A stretch of DNA of 63,589 bases, filler included, from Lenisia limosa (lineage: Eukaryota > Protista > Breviatea), in NCBI GenBank assembly GCA_001655205.1. It is 18 parts of 18 records of this genome, joined end to end, with 100 filler letters (N's around TTAATTAATTAA, not from the genome) between each part and the next. Parts side by side here need not be neighbours in the genome. Positions count along the whole stretch, not along the records: positions 6,126 to 13,152 come from LPNZ01007931.1; positions 13,253 to 18,155 come from LPNZ01000838.1; positions 18,256 to 20,124 come from LPNZ01010186.1; positions 20,225 to 21,310 come from LPNZ01005423.1; 14 more parts are not named here. The stretch is one strand, 5' to 3'. The notes under the pieces were generated by a model. That model had not been told where the DNA came from. It saw only the letters and a program-made list of their open reading frames with translations, and ran no database searches. Below, piece after piece: positions 10,501-21,100 of this stretch. The position numbers were made by a program, and so were the translations under genes. Numbering within the stretch: position 1 is the stretch's first letter; the number at the start of each line of letters is the position of its first letter.

Positions 10501-13152
10501 CGTCCATACCATCACACTTCCTAAGAAAGTAATAATTATGATTTGATACTGGGGAGGCACGCAGAATACTGTGTGCACAGAGTTGTTGGCAAATGATGGG
10601 TGAATTAATATTATGCTATAATCCAAGATCTCTTATAAGCGTGATGGTGTNNNNNNNNNNNNNNNNNNNNNNNNNNNNNNNNNNNNNNNNNNNNNNNNNN
10701 NNNNNNNNNNNNTTTATTTCTCATTCTAAATACATACGTCCCCTCTCTCTCAATTATTGTTTATTTCTCATTGCTATATGTTATTTGATACTATTTGAAG
10801 CAAAAACTAAAAACTGAAATATAAAAATAAATCGTGGAATTCTCAAACTTCAAAAGAGGAATGGGTATTTTATGAAAAGGGGGGGGGGGTACTACGATTT
10901 CAAAAAAAAAGGAGTGAAACCCAGCCTATNNNNNNNNNNNNNNNNNNNNNNNNNNNNNNNNNNNNNNNNNNNNNNNNNNNNNNNNNNNNNNNNNNNNNNN
11001 NNNNNNNNNNNNNNNNNNNNNNNNNNNNTTCAATTTTCGCAGAAGCAACAATGGGAATTGGGAGCTTGTCTACAGCGTAAAATGAGTCGCAATTCACTTT
11101 GGCCTCAAAATACAAGAGACATTCTCGAAGGACCCCGTGTAATTGATTTTGATTATAAAGTGCTTCGTATTGTAACGAGAACGCTCAAGATTTAAATGGC
11201 TAAAATAATTTGAATTAAATATACCTCCCCTTACGTTTATATTTGCATCTTATAATATATAATTATGTATAATATATATATGCATATAATATATATATGG
11301 CTATATGACGAATATGATATGTTAGTGTCAAGAACTTGTTGCGGTTAGTGTGTCAGAGAATAGTTTGATATTTTTGCTGCTTAATAATAATTGACACCCC
11401 TCCTCCCACCAGTGACACCTTGACAAATGGCGTTGACCCCATCACGCTTGTCAGAGATATTGGATTATCGTACATTTGCTTTACAACTCCGTGCGCACAG
11501 CTTTGCGAGCCTCCAGCATATCATGTAGTAGTATAATGTTATAGTAATATATAATAATATAATATACAACATGCATGTATATCCCCCTCTTACCAGTAGA
11601 TAAAGCAACGCCTTCACAAATGGCATTAACGGCCGAGGAGCAACTTCCGTAGTGAATCACCAGCTGCGTAGCGTACATCTGAAAACCTGAGTATTTCACC
11701 TGTTTAAGCACACATCTTTTTTTTAAGCAATAAAATATATATGCATATTATTCAATAAATCCAGGGAAACATAAGAATATCAAGGGATGCCATAAATAAA
11801 CCACCATAATTATCGCCTGAAGCATCACAAAAATACTCCAACCCCAAAGAAAACTACAACAATAATCCCTTCCCTCCCATTGAAAAAACAAAAGTAACAA
11901 AAGTAACAAAAAAAACATGCCCATTCACCTTTTTTCAAATATCTAAAAGAACCTTTCACCCTTTCCAATCCAAGAGAGATAGCCCTCCCTTCCTCCCTCA
12001 AAATGAGACACTAATATACATAGCAATGAGAAGTAAAAAAATATAGATGTATTTGGCAACCATCATGCTATAAGAGATACTGGAAATAGTAAGACACTAA
12101 TATAGAAATAAAATTCACCACGACCAACCCCNNNNNNNNNNNNNNNNNNNNNNNNNNNNNNNNNNNNNNNNNNNNNNNNNNNNNNNNNNNNNNNNNNNNN
12201 NNNNNNNNNNNNNNNNNNNNNNNNNNNNNNNNNNNNNNNNNNNNNNNNNNNNNNNNNNNNNNNNNNNNNNNNNNNNNNNNNNNNNNNNNNNNNNNNNNNN
12301 NNNNNNNNNNNNNNNNNNNNNNNNNNNNNNNNNNNNNNNNNNNNNNNNNNNNNNNNNNNTTCGTCCGCAATTTCGCCTGTCATAGTGATTACATGAAAGT
12401 TGGTTATTTTAAAAAAGCAATGAGAAATAAAAACATATTAGGGTGTATCTGGCCGACAGTAAAATAACGAGAGTTTATCGAGAAATTCAGTCTTTTTTCG
12501 AACCGAAGTAAACCCCTTTTTCAACCCCACCAACCAGTTTCGCCAATAGTCTGAGCCTTGGCAATCGGCTGCGGAAGGCATGGCAGATTACTGTCATTCA
12601 ACCCAGCGGCAAACGCATCATATGTCACCTCCAACTCCCTGAATACGGATGGCTGAGCGGTGACTAATAGTTTTTTTTAAAAGAATTAACTTTCATCAAC
12701 AGTTTTATCAAACAGGAATAGCTACTTTTTGTCGCTATTCCTTAGAGCTTCGATGAAAAAACAATCCAAGGAATTTCGACCAAAAGTATCTATTCCTGGT
12801 TTTCAGGAATATTGATTATAGATGGATTTAGCTTTTCTCATATCTGAAAGGTTATCCAAATCAACTCTGTTGGCTGATAACACACAAGGGTTGATAACAA
12901 CAAAACAAACAAAACCCAGGAGAGTCACTTCTGCAGCACCACATCCCATCACTCCAGCGTGTGATATCTGGCTAAAGCCATCTGCGTCTTATAAATATTC
13001 CTCCAAAAATATACCCCCCCTCCCTACATCAGAAATTTGAGCCGCGATAGCGAAGGCCTCAACCAAGTTGGCTTTCCGACTGCAGTTTCTCAAAACGGTC
13101 AACTGGTCAGTTGTCGGATCTTGGAGAGCTTCGGATATGGGAGAGGTCATGG
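7520..13152 (-). CDS. Multi-exon host gene, unknown protein with S/P/K-rich and acidic segments (partial)
   Basis: Minus-strand exon-like segments: TSPISEALQDPTTDQLTVLRNCSRKANLVEAFAIAAQI; DVMRGADLSEVSHVGKKELDDVLK; QFPQIESRLEALKDDDVDGLADLDPSMLATVMSLVDEDGG; EYDDSYDNFENDAVLDNN; GSFTIRNKDGSAFVGAGATVGGAGVAPAPSSSTQKP. C-rich acceptors lie on the minus strand. Confidence 0.5.
8873..8971. mobile_element. hAT-like MITE (subfamily B), 99 bp
   Basis: TAGGGATTCCCTACGGTCCCAAAAAAGAC...GTCTTTTTCGGATTGTAGGGAAGCCCTG; flanks ATCCTACC / ATCCTTCC (7/8 match, 8-bp TSD). Confidence 0.8.
10470..10725. mobile_element. Long-TIR MITE (family C)
   Basis: Left arm GTATCTGGCCGAAGCCGTCCATACCATCACACTT; inverted right arm CTTATAAGCGTGATGGTGT[gap]TTTATTTCTCATT; shared internal segment. 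Solo or partial arms also at about 3035, 7370, 12020, 12415, 19470, 22435, 52395, 55465 and 57030. Confidence 0.7.
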
Positions 13153-13252
13153 NNNNNNNNNNNNNNNNNNNNNNNNNNNNNNNNNNNNNNNNNNNNTTAA
13201 TTAATTAANNNNNNNNNNNNNNNNNNNNNNNNNNNNNNNNNNNNNNNNNNNN

Positions 13253-13881
13253 GAGAAGTGTCAGAGAAATAATAACCAGCTGGCAAGGGTGGCAAAGCTG
13301 GCACATGGTGACGTCATGAGTTCAGGTATAAAAGTATATAGAGAGTATAGGACCAGGGTAGGGAGAGACCCAGCAGAGAAGTGTCAGAGAAATAATAACC
13401 AGCTGGCAAGGGTGGCAAAGCTGGCAAAGCTGGCAGAGCAGAGAAGTGTCGGAGAAATAATAACCAGCTGGCAAGGGTGGCAAAGCTGGCACATGGTGAC
13501 GTCATGAGTTCAGGTATAAAAGTATATAGAGTATAGTACCAGTGCAGGGAGAGACCCAGCAGAGAAGTGTCAGAGAAATAATAACTAGCTGGCAAGGGTG
13601 GCAAAGCTGGCAAATTTGGCAGAGCCGAGAAGTGTCAGAGAAATAATAACTAGCTGGCAAAGCTGGCAAAGCTGGCAAATCTGGCAGAGAAGAGAAGTGT
13701 CAGAGAAATAATAACCAGCTGGCAAGGGTGGCAAAGCTGACAAAGCTGGCAGAGCCGAGAAGTGTCAGAGAAATAATAACCAGCTGGCAAGGGTGGCAAA
13801 GCTGGCAAAGCTGGCAGAGCCGAGAAGTGTCAGAGAAATAATAACTAGCTGGCAAAGGTGGCAAAGCTGGCAAAGCTGGCA
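13253..13881 (+). repeat. Complex tandem array: 65-bp unit GAGAAGTGTCAGAGAAATAATAACCAGC + (TGGCAAAGC)n, 8 units, two with an extra promoter-like cassette
   Basis: Unit starts at 13253, 13376, 13441, 13562, 13627, 13692, 13757 and 13822 (65-bp period; two long units of 123 and 121 bp). The array runs off the scaffold end and into a gap. Confidence 0.95.
13309..13333 (+). promoter_or_regulatory. CRE-like palindrome TGACGTCA plus TATAAAA cassette (second copy 13497-13521)
   Basis: TGACGTCA at 13309-13316 and 13497-13504, each followed 10 bp later by TATAAAA. Motif match only; function is inferred. Confidence 0.4.
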
Positions 13882-14298
13882 NNNNNNNNNNNNNNNNNNN
13901 NNNNNNNNNNNNNNNNNNNNNNNNNNNNNNNNNNNNNNNNNNNNNNNNNNNNNNNNNNNNNNNNNNNNNNNNNNNNNNNNNNNNNNNNNNNNNNNNNNNN
14001 NNNNNNNNNNNNGTTCCAGTGGTCTTGGGGTTTTCCCGGCAAAACCCCAAACGCTAACGTATAACCAGTTGGGCAGTCCGGCGGTAATAATGGGAGGAAA
14101 GGCATACATGGTATAAAGTCCCAGCCCACAACAAACAACGAAGCAAAAACAAAACTAACAACAGATAAATATAGAAAACTAATAGCACTGGCTGGCGAAG
14201 CTAGGCCTAGAAAAGATTAGGACAATCAAAAAAAACAAAACAAATCAAAACAAAAAACCGAGGCACCAGATTAGTCGTAAGCCTACCCTGGTGGCGCC

Positions 14299-17200
14299 CT
14301 AGTCCGAGATGGTGTCGAGGTCAATACTGTCGTCGTCGTCGTCGGAGCCGTTGGAGTGCGGGAGAATCGGCTGGAAGTCGGTTAGGAACAACAGCAAAGA
14401 AATGACCAGCGACCGAGAAACTAAAGAAACCCAAAAAAAAAACGCAAAAACTGCAAAAGCATACTGCAAAATTGGGAAAGGGGTCGTCAAGAGGGTCGGA
14501 GGCCGGCAGGCTTGGCTGCGCTAGGACGGGAGCAGCAACCGGCGGCGGAAGTGGAAGGTGGACCGTAGGCTTGGCAACGACGGGGTGTCTTGAGAAGGCG
14601 TTGACTAGGAGTCTGTTTGGCGTTGGTGCGGCGGGACCGAGGCGGGCCTTAGGCCTCTTTGCCTTGTGCTTACGAGGCCGCTTGGTGGGGCGGGCGGCGG
14701 CTGGGTTAACCGGGGACTTGGGCCTGGCTTGGCGGTCGGGCAAGGGGCTGGGCGGCGGAGTGTCGCGGGCAGGAGCAGCGTCCGTAATGTCGTCGAGGGG
14801 AATATTGGCGACAACGGCGCCAGGCTCGGGGTCCAACTCGTAGTGGACCTTGCGTTGGCCGGCTGGGCTGCGGCCGTCGCCAGGCAACACCTCCACAACT
14901 TGGTAGACGGTGTTGTGGAGGCGGACGCGGCTGTGAAGTGGCAGACCAGTCATTAGCGTGTTGTAGTGGTACACGTATCGCTGGTTGGCTGATAGGCAGG
15001 CGAGGTCGCTGGCACGGGCAGTAGCGGCAGGGGGCTGTTGAGAAAGGTCGGGCGACGGCGTACGGCGGCGGCGGGCTTTTGCGAGCTTTGCCTCCTCGAC
15101 GTTGCGGAGGTACTCGGCCTCGTCCAGGCTGTCGTTGGACTCGTCGGACTCGTCGGACTGGGATTTGTCGGCGGTGTTGGGCTGGTCGTCGGGGCGGGTG
15201 GCGTGGCCGGCCTCGGCGTCCACCCTGAACTTGGCCTCAGGAAGGCGGACGAGGTTGGGGAGGATCTTCCGGGTGGCGGCGGCAAGGGCGGGGCAGTTGA
15301 AAGGGCCTTCGCGGGCGAGGAGGCTGGGCGTGTACGGCTGGACTGCAAACGGGGCGCGGGAGGTCTTTCGCTTCGCCGGAGGTGGCNNNNNNNNNNAGGG
15401 AGGATCTTCCGGGCGGCGGCGGCAAGGGCGGTGCAGTTAAAAGGGCCTTCGCGGGCGAGGAGGCTAGGCGTGTACGGCTGGACTGCAAACGGGGCGCGGG
15501 AGGTCTTTCGCTTCGCCGGAGGTGGCTGGTAGTGGGCCAGCAACGTGACCTGGGCCATGTTGGCCAGGACGCCGTCGCTGTAGAGAGGCACAACAACGCA
15601 GTCGTCGGTGCGGCGGCGAGTCGTTGCACAGGCGTGCTCAACAAAGGTCGCGGAGTTGATATTGACGACCGGTTCGCGTGAGCCGTGCTGGCGAGGCCTC
15701 GGCCCGGCCTGGACCATTTTGAGCATGACTGTGTGCTGGCGGCCGACGCGGGACTCACTCGCCTGGGCAAGGACGTCGTTGTTGCGGTCAGGGGAGAGGC
15801 CGCACATGGCCAGCACGCGGCCGCAGCGGTTGTAGTGTAGTAGAGCGGTGTCAGGGTCGACCTGGTGGCGGAGGTGGCCCATGGCCTTCAGGCAGAAGGC
15901 GAGGGCGTGCAGGCCGACGGCGGCTTCCAAGGCAGACCGCCAGGCCGGGGCGTAGTCAGCGGCCCCAACGGCGAAGCGCGAGTAGTCCTGGTCTTTGGCC
16001 GAGGTTGGAGCGGCGGTGGTAAAGGCCCACGGCAGTGGGTCGTGGTCGGGGCGGAAGTTGGCCGGCAGCGGCAGGCGCGGGAAGGCGAAGATGTCAATCA
16101 TGAACGGGGCGGTGCCCTCTTTCGGCTGGACCGGCCGCCAGAACTCTAGGACACTCATCCACCAGCCGTGGACGGCGTAGGTCGGGTTACCGGCCTTGCA
16201 GAGGCCCGCCCAGAAGTACGCCAGGTTAATGGCGCAGCTGTCTACCAGGCGAACGGCGGTGGTGAGGGCGGCGTCGTACGCGTCCGGCCAGTGGATGGCC
16301 ATCGCCACGTCGCCGGTGGGCTTTTTGACAGGGTCCAGGCAGGACACGACCGCACTTGCGATGACGGAGTTGAAGAGGGCCTGGGCGGCGGCGGGCGGCG
16401 ACCACTTTCCTCTAATGGAGGGCATCACGATCGCGTCGCCGCCGTGCCAGCCGACAACAGTCGACTCGCGGGCCGACACGCAGCGACTCGCGTCTGGGCC
16501 TTCGGCGAGACTGGTGACGAGGGCGGCGACAACATGGCTGGCGTCCTCTGTGTCGTGCGTAAGGAGGTTGAAGAAGTATGTAACCAACGCGAGCGGCAGG
16601 TCGTCGACGTAAGCGTTGATAGCGAACGGCGAAATGGCAGCAATGGCGGCGACAACGGCGGGTGTGAGCACTTCGCGAGCTCGAGCGGCCTTCGCACCGG
16701 CGGTCGTGGCCAGGACCATCGCGTAGGCGTTTGCCACGGTCATGCTGGCCTTTGACACGACGACCTGGGCGTGGATGAGAGCGGTAAGGAAGTCGTAGTG
16801 ACTGGCGCGAGAGTACGGCGGCGAGGTTGAGATGAAGTTCGTTAGGCTCTCCAGGCTGAACATCAGCCGGTCTTCGTAGACTAGCGCTACATGCTGGACG
16901 TCGTCGAAGCGCCGGCGCAGCGGGCCGGTCCAGACCGACGGCGTCATGTTTGCCAGCTTGCCGGACTCCATTAGCCAATGGCCAAGGAAGGACGCCTGCG
17001 GCCGACTCTGAGACTTGCCGTGCAGCTTGCGGGCCTTGAGGACGTCTGCCACAGGCGAGGTCGCCAGCGGCGGCTGCCCGTTGGCCAGGGAAGCGAGAAC
17101 AACGGTGCGCAAGAGGCCGCGCGGAGTGTGAACCTCGTCATCGCTCTGCAGCGCGCGTAGACGGTAGCTCTCAGAGAGCTGGCGGGCGTCGGCAGCGGTC

Positions 17201-18021
17201 GGCGTGACGTAGACTGCAGCGGCGACGGTGTAGGCCTTGCGCTCCTCGCGGCCCAGGCGGGAAAGGGCCGGGAACATGGACGCAATCTCCATGCCGTGTG
17301 TCTGGGCCAGGGGCGAGTCCGCGTAGTAGCCGGCAGCTACCAGGAGAAGGTGGACAATGTGTTGGCCGTTCACGATGCCGACGCGTTTGTCGACAAAGGC
17401 AGCCGGCAAATAGCGGTCGGCCTGGGCGTAGTCCTCGTCCTCGCGACGCACCAGACCCAAAGCCAGATCTGGGTCACGGCAGGACGCCGCCCCAATCAGC
17501 CTCACGGCACGGACAAGGCTAAAGTCTCGGCAGTTGACCACCGTCGACACGCCACTCTCGGCGGCAAGGAAGAGGTCGCTCATCGTCACCTGCACGTCGT
17601 GACGGAGGGCTGTCACCGGATGCAGGTTGTCGGCGTTCTGGCTGACGTAGGTTGACTCTGGTGTCGACAGGTCGGTGCGGCCGCAGAAGGTCGGCAGTTG
17701 CTTCTCAAAGGAAGCTAGCGTGGTGTGTTCCAAGGGAGGGTCTGGGAGGATGCTGTTTGTCGGGAAGGCCGACGCAATGACCTTGACGGAGTTGGCCTTG
17801 CGCCCGAGTTCGGAGGCGACGTCTGTACCAGAGGACGTCTCGGCCTTGTTGAGGACGTTAGCCCAGAGGGCCTTGTCGGCGTCGCTTGGGTCTCCAACTG
17901 CCTAAAACTATTAGGGACCTGCCACACCCTTCTTTGTAGGTTTCAGCTGCCCACCATGATTACGGCCAGTCGCCAACGTCGGACGCGAGCACTGTTTGGC
18001 CACGGGGCAGAGAGTTGAAGT
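14299..18021 (-). CDS. GC-rich orphan gene of about 1,120+ aa with spliceosomal introns; candidate viral or mobile-element protein (5' end truncated)
   Basis: Open frame 17901-15397 (835 aa) continues, after removing the ~130-bp overlap duplicated around the 10-N gap, as 15256-14465 (264 aa). A phase-0 intron 14464-14371 (GTATGC...CCTAACCGACTTCCAG) joins the last exon PILPHSNGSDDDDDSIDLDTISD* (14370-14299). Upstream acceptors at 17902 (CCCTAATAGTTTTAG) and 18022 (CTAACCCCCCTCCCCCCAG). The track's 926-aa and 300-aa ORFs are two parts of this gene. Confidence 0.8.
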
Positions 18022-18050
18022 CTGGGGGGAGGGGGGTTAGAACCGTCGGA

Positions 18051-18155
18051 AAAATTTTTAGGAATCCTCCGGAGGATTCCCAAAATGAAAATCATCAAAT
18101 TTTTAGGAATCCTCCGGAGGATTCCCAAAATGAAAATCACCAAATTTTTAGGAAT
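18051..18155. repeat. 45-bp tandem repeat, each unit containing the perfect 20-bp palindrome GGAATCCTCCGGAGGATTCC
   Basis: Palindromes at 18061-18080 and 18106-18125, a third starting at 18151; AT-rich 25-bp linkers nearly identical. The array is truncated by the scaffold end. Confidence 0.95.
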
Positions 18156-21100
18156 NNNNNNNNNNNNNNNNNNNNNNNNNNNNNNNNNNNNNNNNNNNNT
18201 TAATTAATTAANNNNNNNNNNNNNNNNNNNNNNNNNNNNNNNNNNNNNNNNNNNNGTGGAATGTGTGTATGTGGGGGAGGAGGGAATAGTATTTTGAAAA
18301 AATAAAGGGAGGGGGGGAGTAAAACGAAATAAATTTCGATGAAGAATTTTGGTGTAAAGGTACTAATCACGAACCGAATAATCTGAAACTTCGTCATAAA
18401 ACCAATACTTGAGAAGAAATGGGAGGGGTATAGGTTATTGTTTCATTAACTTGCCATTTTACCCCCTCGCAGCATCAAGAGGATAGGCGAAGTTGTGTGT
18501 AGTATCAGGATGTAGTGTAAATGTATTTCAGCTGATTCAGCGCTGGTTGTTTTGGTGGTGGAGTTGGTTTAAAGTGGGATGGTATTGGGATGATAAACAA
18601 GAATTGTTTTCTTTTGGGTACATGCCTTTTATCAATTTATCAAAGAATAAAAATTGTACGAATGGCCTTGTTTTCGTCATTACAATACTCAGGCTCCTCC
18701 AATATTCATCCCATATTGGAGGTGTATATCTACTTTAGTAAATATATTCCTTGTATATTCCTCCCAGTCATTTCAAGCAAATCTTGTTCGAGTTTAAACC
18801 CTATTGGCAAAGTTGCAAACCATTTTTCGTTTTCAGACATCAGACGTTACGATTAGTATCAAGGGGGGTCACTCCCAGAATTTGTTCACCATCACTCTGG
18901 ATTGATAAAAGTGGGGGGCAGCTGTTGATCACCCCCATGATTTACTTGTCCCTCTCCCCACACTGCAAAGCCTGCACGCCTGCGCTGCCTGCGCCCACTC
19001 TTTCACTCTTTCATCAAAAGAAGAAGTTGAGAAGGAGATAACGGCAAAAAGGCTGAGAAAGAGAAACAACGAGCATATTGTCCCCCTTCACCCTTCACCT
19101 CTATCACCATGTTCCTGAATACTTTTGCCAGAGTAAGTGGTTCCTCTAATGTGAGTTAGACAGTGATACCTGCATGCCTATGAGGAACATATCCTTGAAG
19201 TACTTTTGATGAATACTCCTCGTAGATTGATTCACTTGTTATTCTTGGTCTCAAAACCATTCTTTTTTATCCATATTGTGCTTTGTTCCGACACATAAAT
19301 CAATGGGAATTTAGATACGAGTATCTAAACTCCAATATTTCGTCTACAGATGACTTCTGGAATAATTTTGGTCATAGTTTTTTTTCTGATGGGAAATCCG
19401 ACTCGTATTTAGTTGCTTTCGCAGTTGCAGCTGTAAATTGGGTGAATAATATTATACTATAAGCCAATACCTCTTATAAGCGTCTTGTTGTAGAAGTCCA
19501 GATACAATCAAAATAACTCTTTTTGTATGATTTTCAGCTTGCCTCCCCCTTTCTATGTCTTCATGATTTGTTGAGAAATTCCCCCTTCACCTCAAGAAAT
19601 ACTTATCAACCTTTTGTAGACTGCTTCCACCGAATATTGTAATTAGTCTCCTTATAAACGTGATTTGTAAGGCTTTGGACATTAATTTCTCTTTTTTCCA
19701 CCTTGGCTTTTCCACCTTGGCTTTTTCATGATTATTGTTGTGTTTTTTTGTTTCGTTAATCCCCCCCCNNNNNNNNNNNNNNNNNNNNNNNNNNNNNNNN
19801 NNNNNNNNNNNNNNNNNNNNNNNNNNNNNNNNNNNNNNNNNNNNNNNNNNNNNNNNNNNNNNNNNNNNNNNNNNNCAAGATAAACCACAATATCCGTATC
19901 AGATCTTATCGCGGTTTCTGTTTACAATATTTTGTTTCTTTATTTTTCCTCTCCCAAAAGATGTTTAGCCAATAGAGTTGATTTGGCGTTTATTGTTTTC
20001 TAAATGTGTTTTCCATTGTCACTCCCCGCAGACATTCAGCCAGGCAGCCAAGGCAGCTCCCAAATCTGGGTCTTTCCTCAAGAAGTTGGCGGTTTTCGGA
20101 GCGTCCGCGTCAGCCCTCGGCGCCNNNNNNNNNNNNNNNNNNNNNNNNNNNNNNNNNNNNNNNNNNNNTTAATTAATTAANNNNNNNNNNNNNNNNNNNN
20201 NNNNNNNNNNNNNNNNNNNNNNNNCCATGTAGCACTTCACCCTAAGATTCATTACTTGTAATTAATTATCTTACACTTCGCCTTTGTTATTTTGTTATTA
20301 TTACTGCACACTTATTGTCATTTCACTGTTTTGGCCAAGTAAAGCTTCTAACCATGCCGTTAAGTACGGATTCAAGGACGACCTGTTAATACGTACACTA
20401 CCGACGACGGCAAACTGGCTGTTGCTGTTCGTGACATCTTTCCCGGGGGTAACACGACCAAAGGGTTCCAACGCTATCCGACAGTATTTGGCTTGGACTT
20501 GATTATTTGATTCCTACTTCACTATTCTTTGACTTGTTTAGTTGAGAGAACACGTTGTCCACATCAATCATGGACTAAAGGTTATTCCCTTAAAAATAGT
20601 CTTATCAGCGCTACCTAAAGGATACAGCTATGAACTTGTATAAATTCAAATTTTAATTAATTGATTGATTTTTGGTCAAGTGTATTTCTGTTCATCAATT
20701 GCCTGACTACCCACCCTTTAATCCCCTGTACTTGCTGCGAAAATGCTGACATCTTCCTTTTAAAAAATTATTCGATAACAATGTATTGAACAAAGAACTG
20801 AAGTTTTAAGAACCATCATAGCCCACTGACTAGCTCGGATCTGAAAAAAATGACACGAAACTTTCAACTCTAAGATACCTTCATGACCCAATACGATCAT
20901 CCCAGAATTCTGTCATAATCCTTTCTTATCATCCTTGAATTATATCCTATCAACACTACCTCCCGAAAACCACGAGACCGATACCCATATCTTGAGTTAC
21001 TTAAATGGCAACATACAAAGCCCTCCCCCCACCTCAAACTGTGCCGCAGTTTGCCGGATACTTTGGTGAGTCTGCCTCACATCAGTGCCGTGTCCACCAT

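Noticed and set aside
14953-15386. C-terminal ~145 aa of the 926-aa ORF in the track (HLRRSERPPAPR...TTTTR)
   Set aside because: Out-of-frame read-through across the 10-N gap and duplicated overlap; the true frame continues into the 300-aa ORF.
15866-15885. GHLRH as a tyrosine-recombinase HxxR motif
   Set aside because: Spacing is H-x-R, and no other catalytic R/K/H/Y pattern could be placed.
16445-16500. PDAS...GWHG as an RNase H DAS..GWG motif
   Set aside because: Wrong internal spacing and too close to the putative YVDD for an RT-RNase H layout.
14472-17905. Many overlapping plus- and minus-strand ORFs of 60-200 aa
   Set aside because: Shadow ORFs expected from a GC-rich long coding sequence; low-complexity R/G/A content and no motifs.
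18003-18021. DFNSLP resembling family B polymerase motif A (DxxSLYP)
   Set aside because: Tyr is missing, and no KxxxNSxYG or DTDS motif occurs downstream.
14299-18021. Bacterial contamination as the source of the GC-rich orphan scaffold
   Set aside because: Canonical GT-AG introns with CTAAY branch points and a frame-restoring phase argue for nuclear expression; a co-cultured eukaryote is not excluded.
13253-18155. CRISPR-like appearance of the arrays at 13253-13881 and 18051-18155 (also 24760-24900)
   Set aside because: Inter-repeat sequences are near-identical rather than unique spacers; no cas genes; eukaryotic context.
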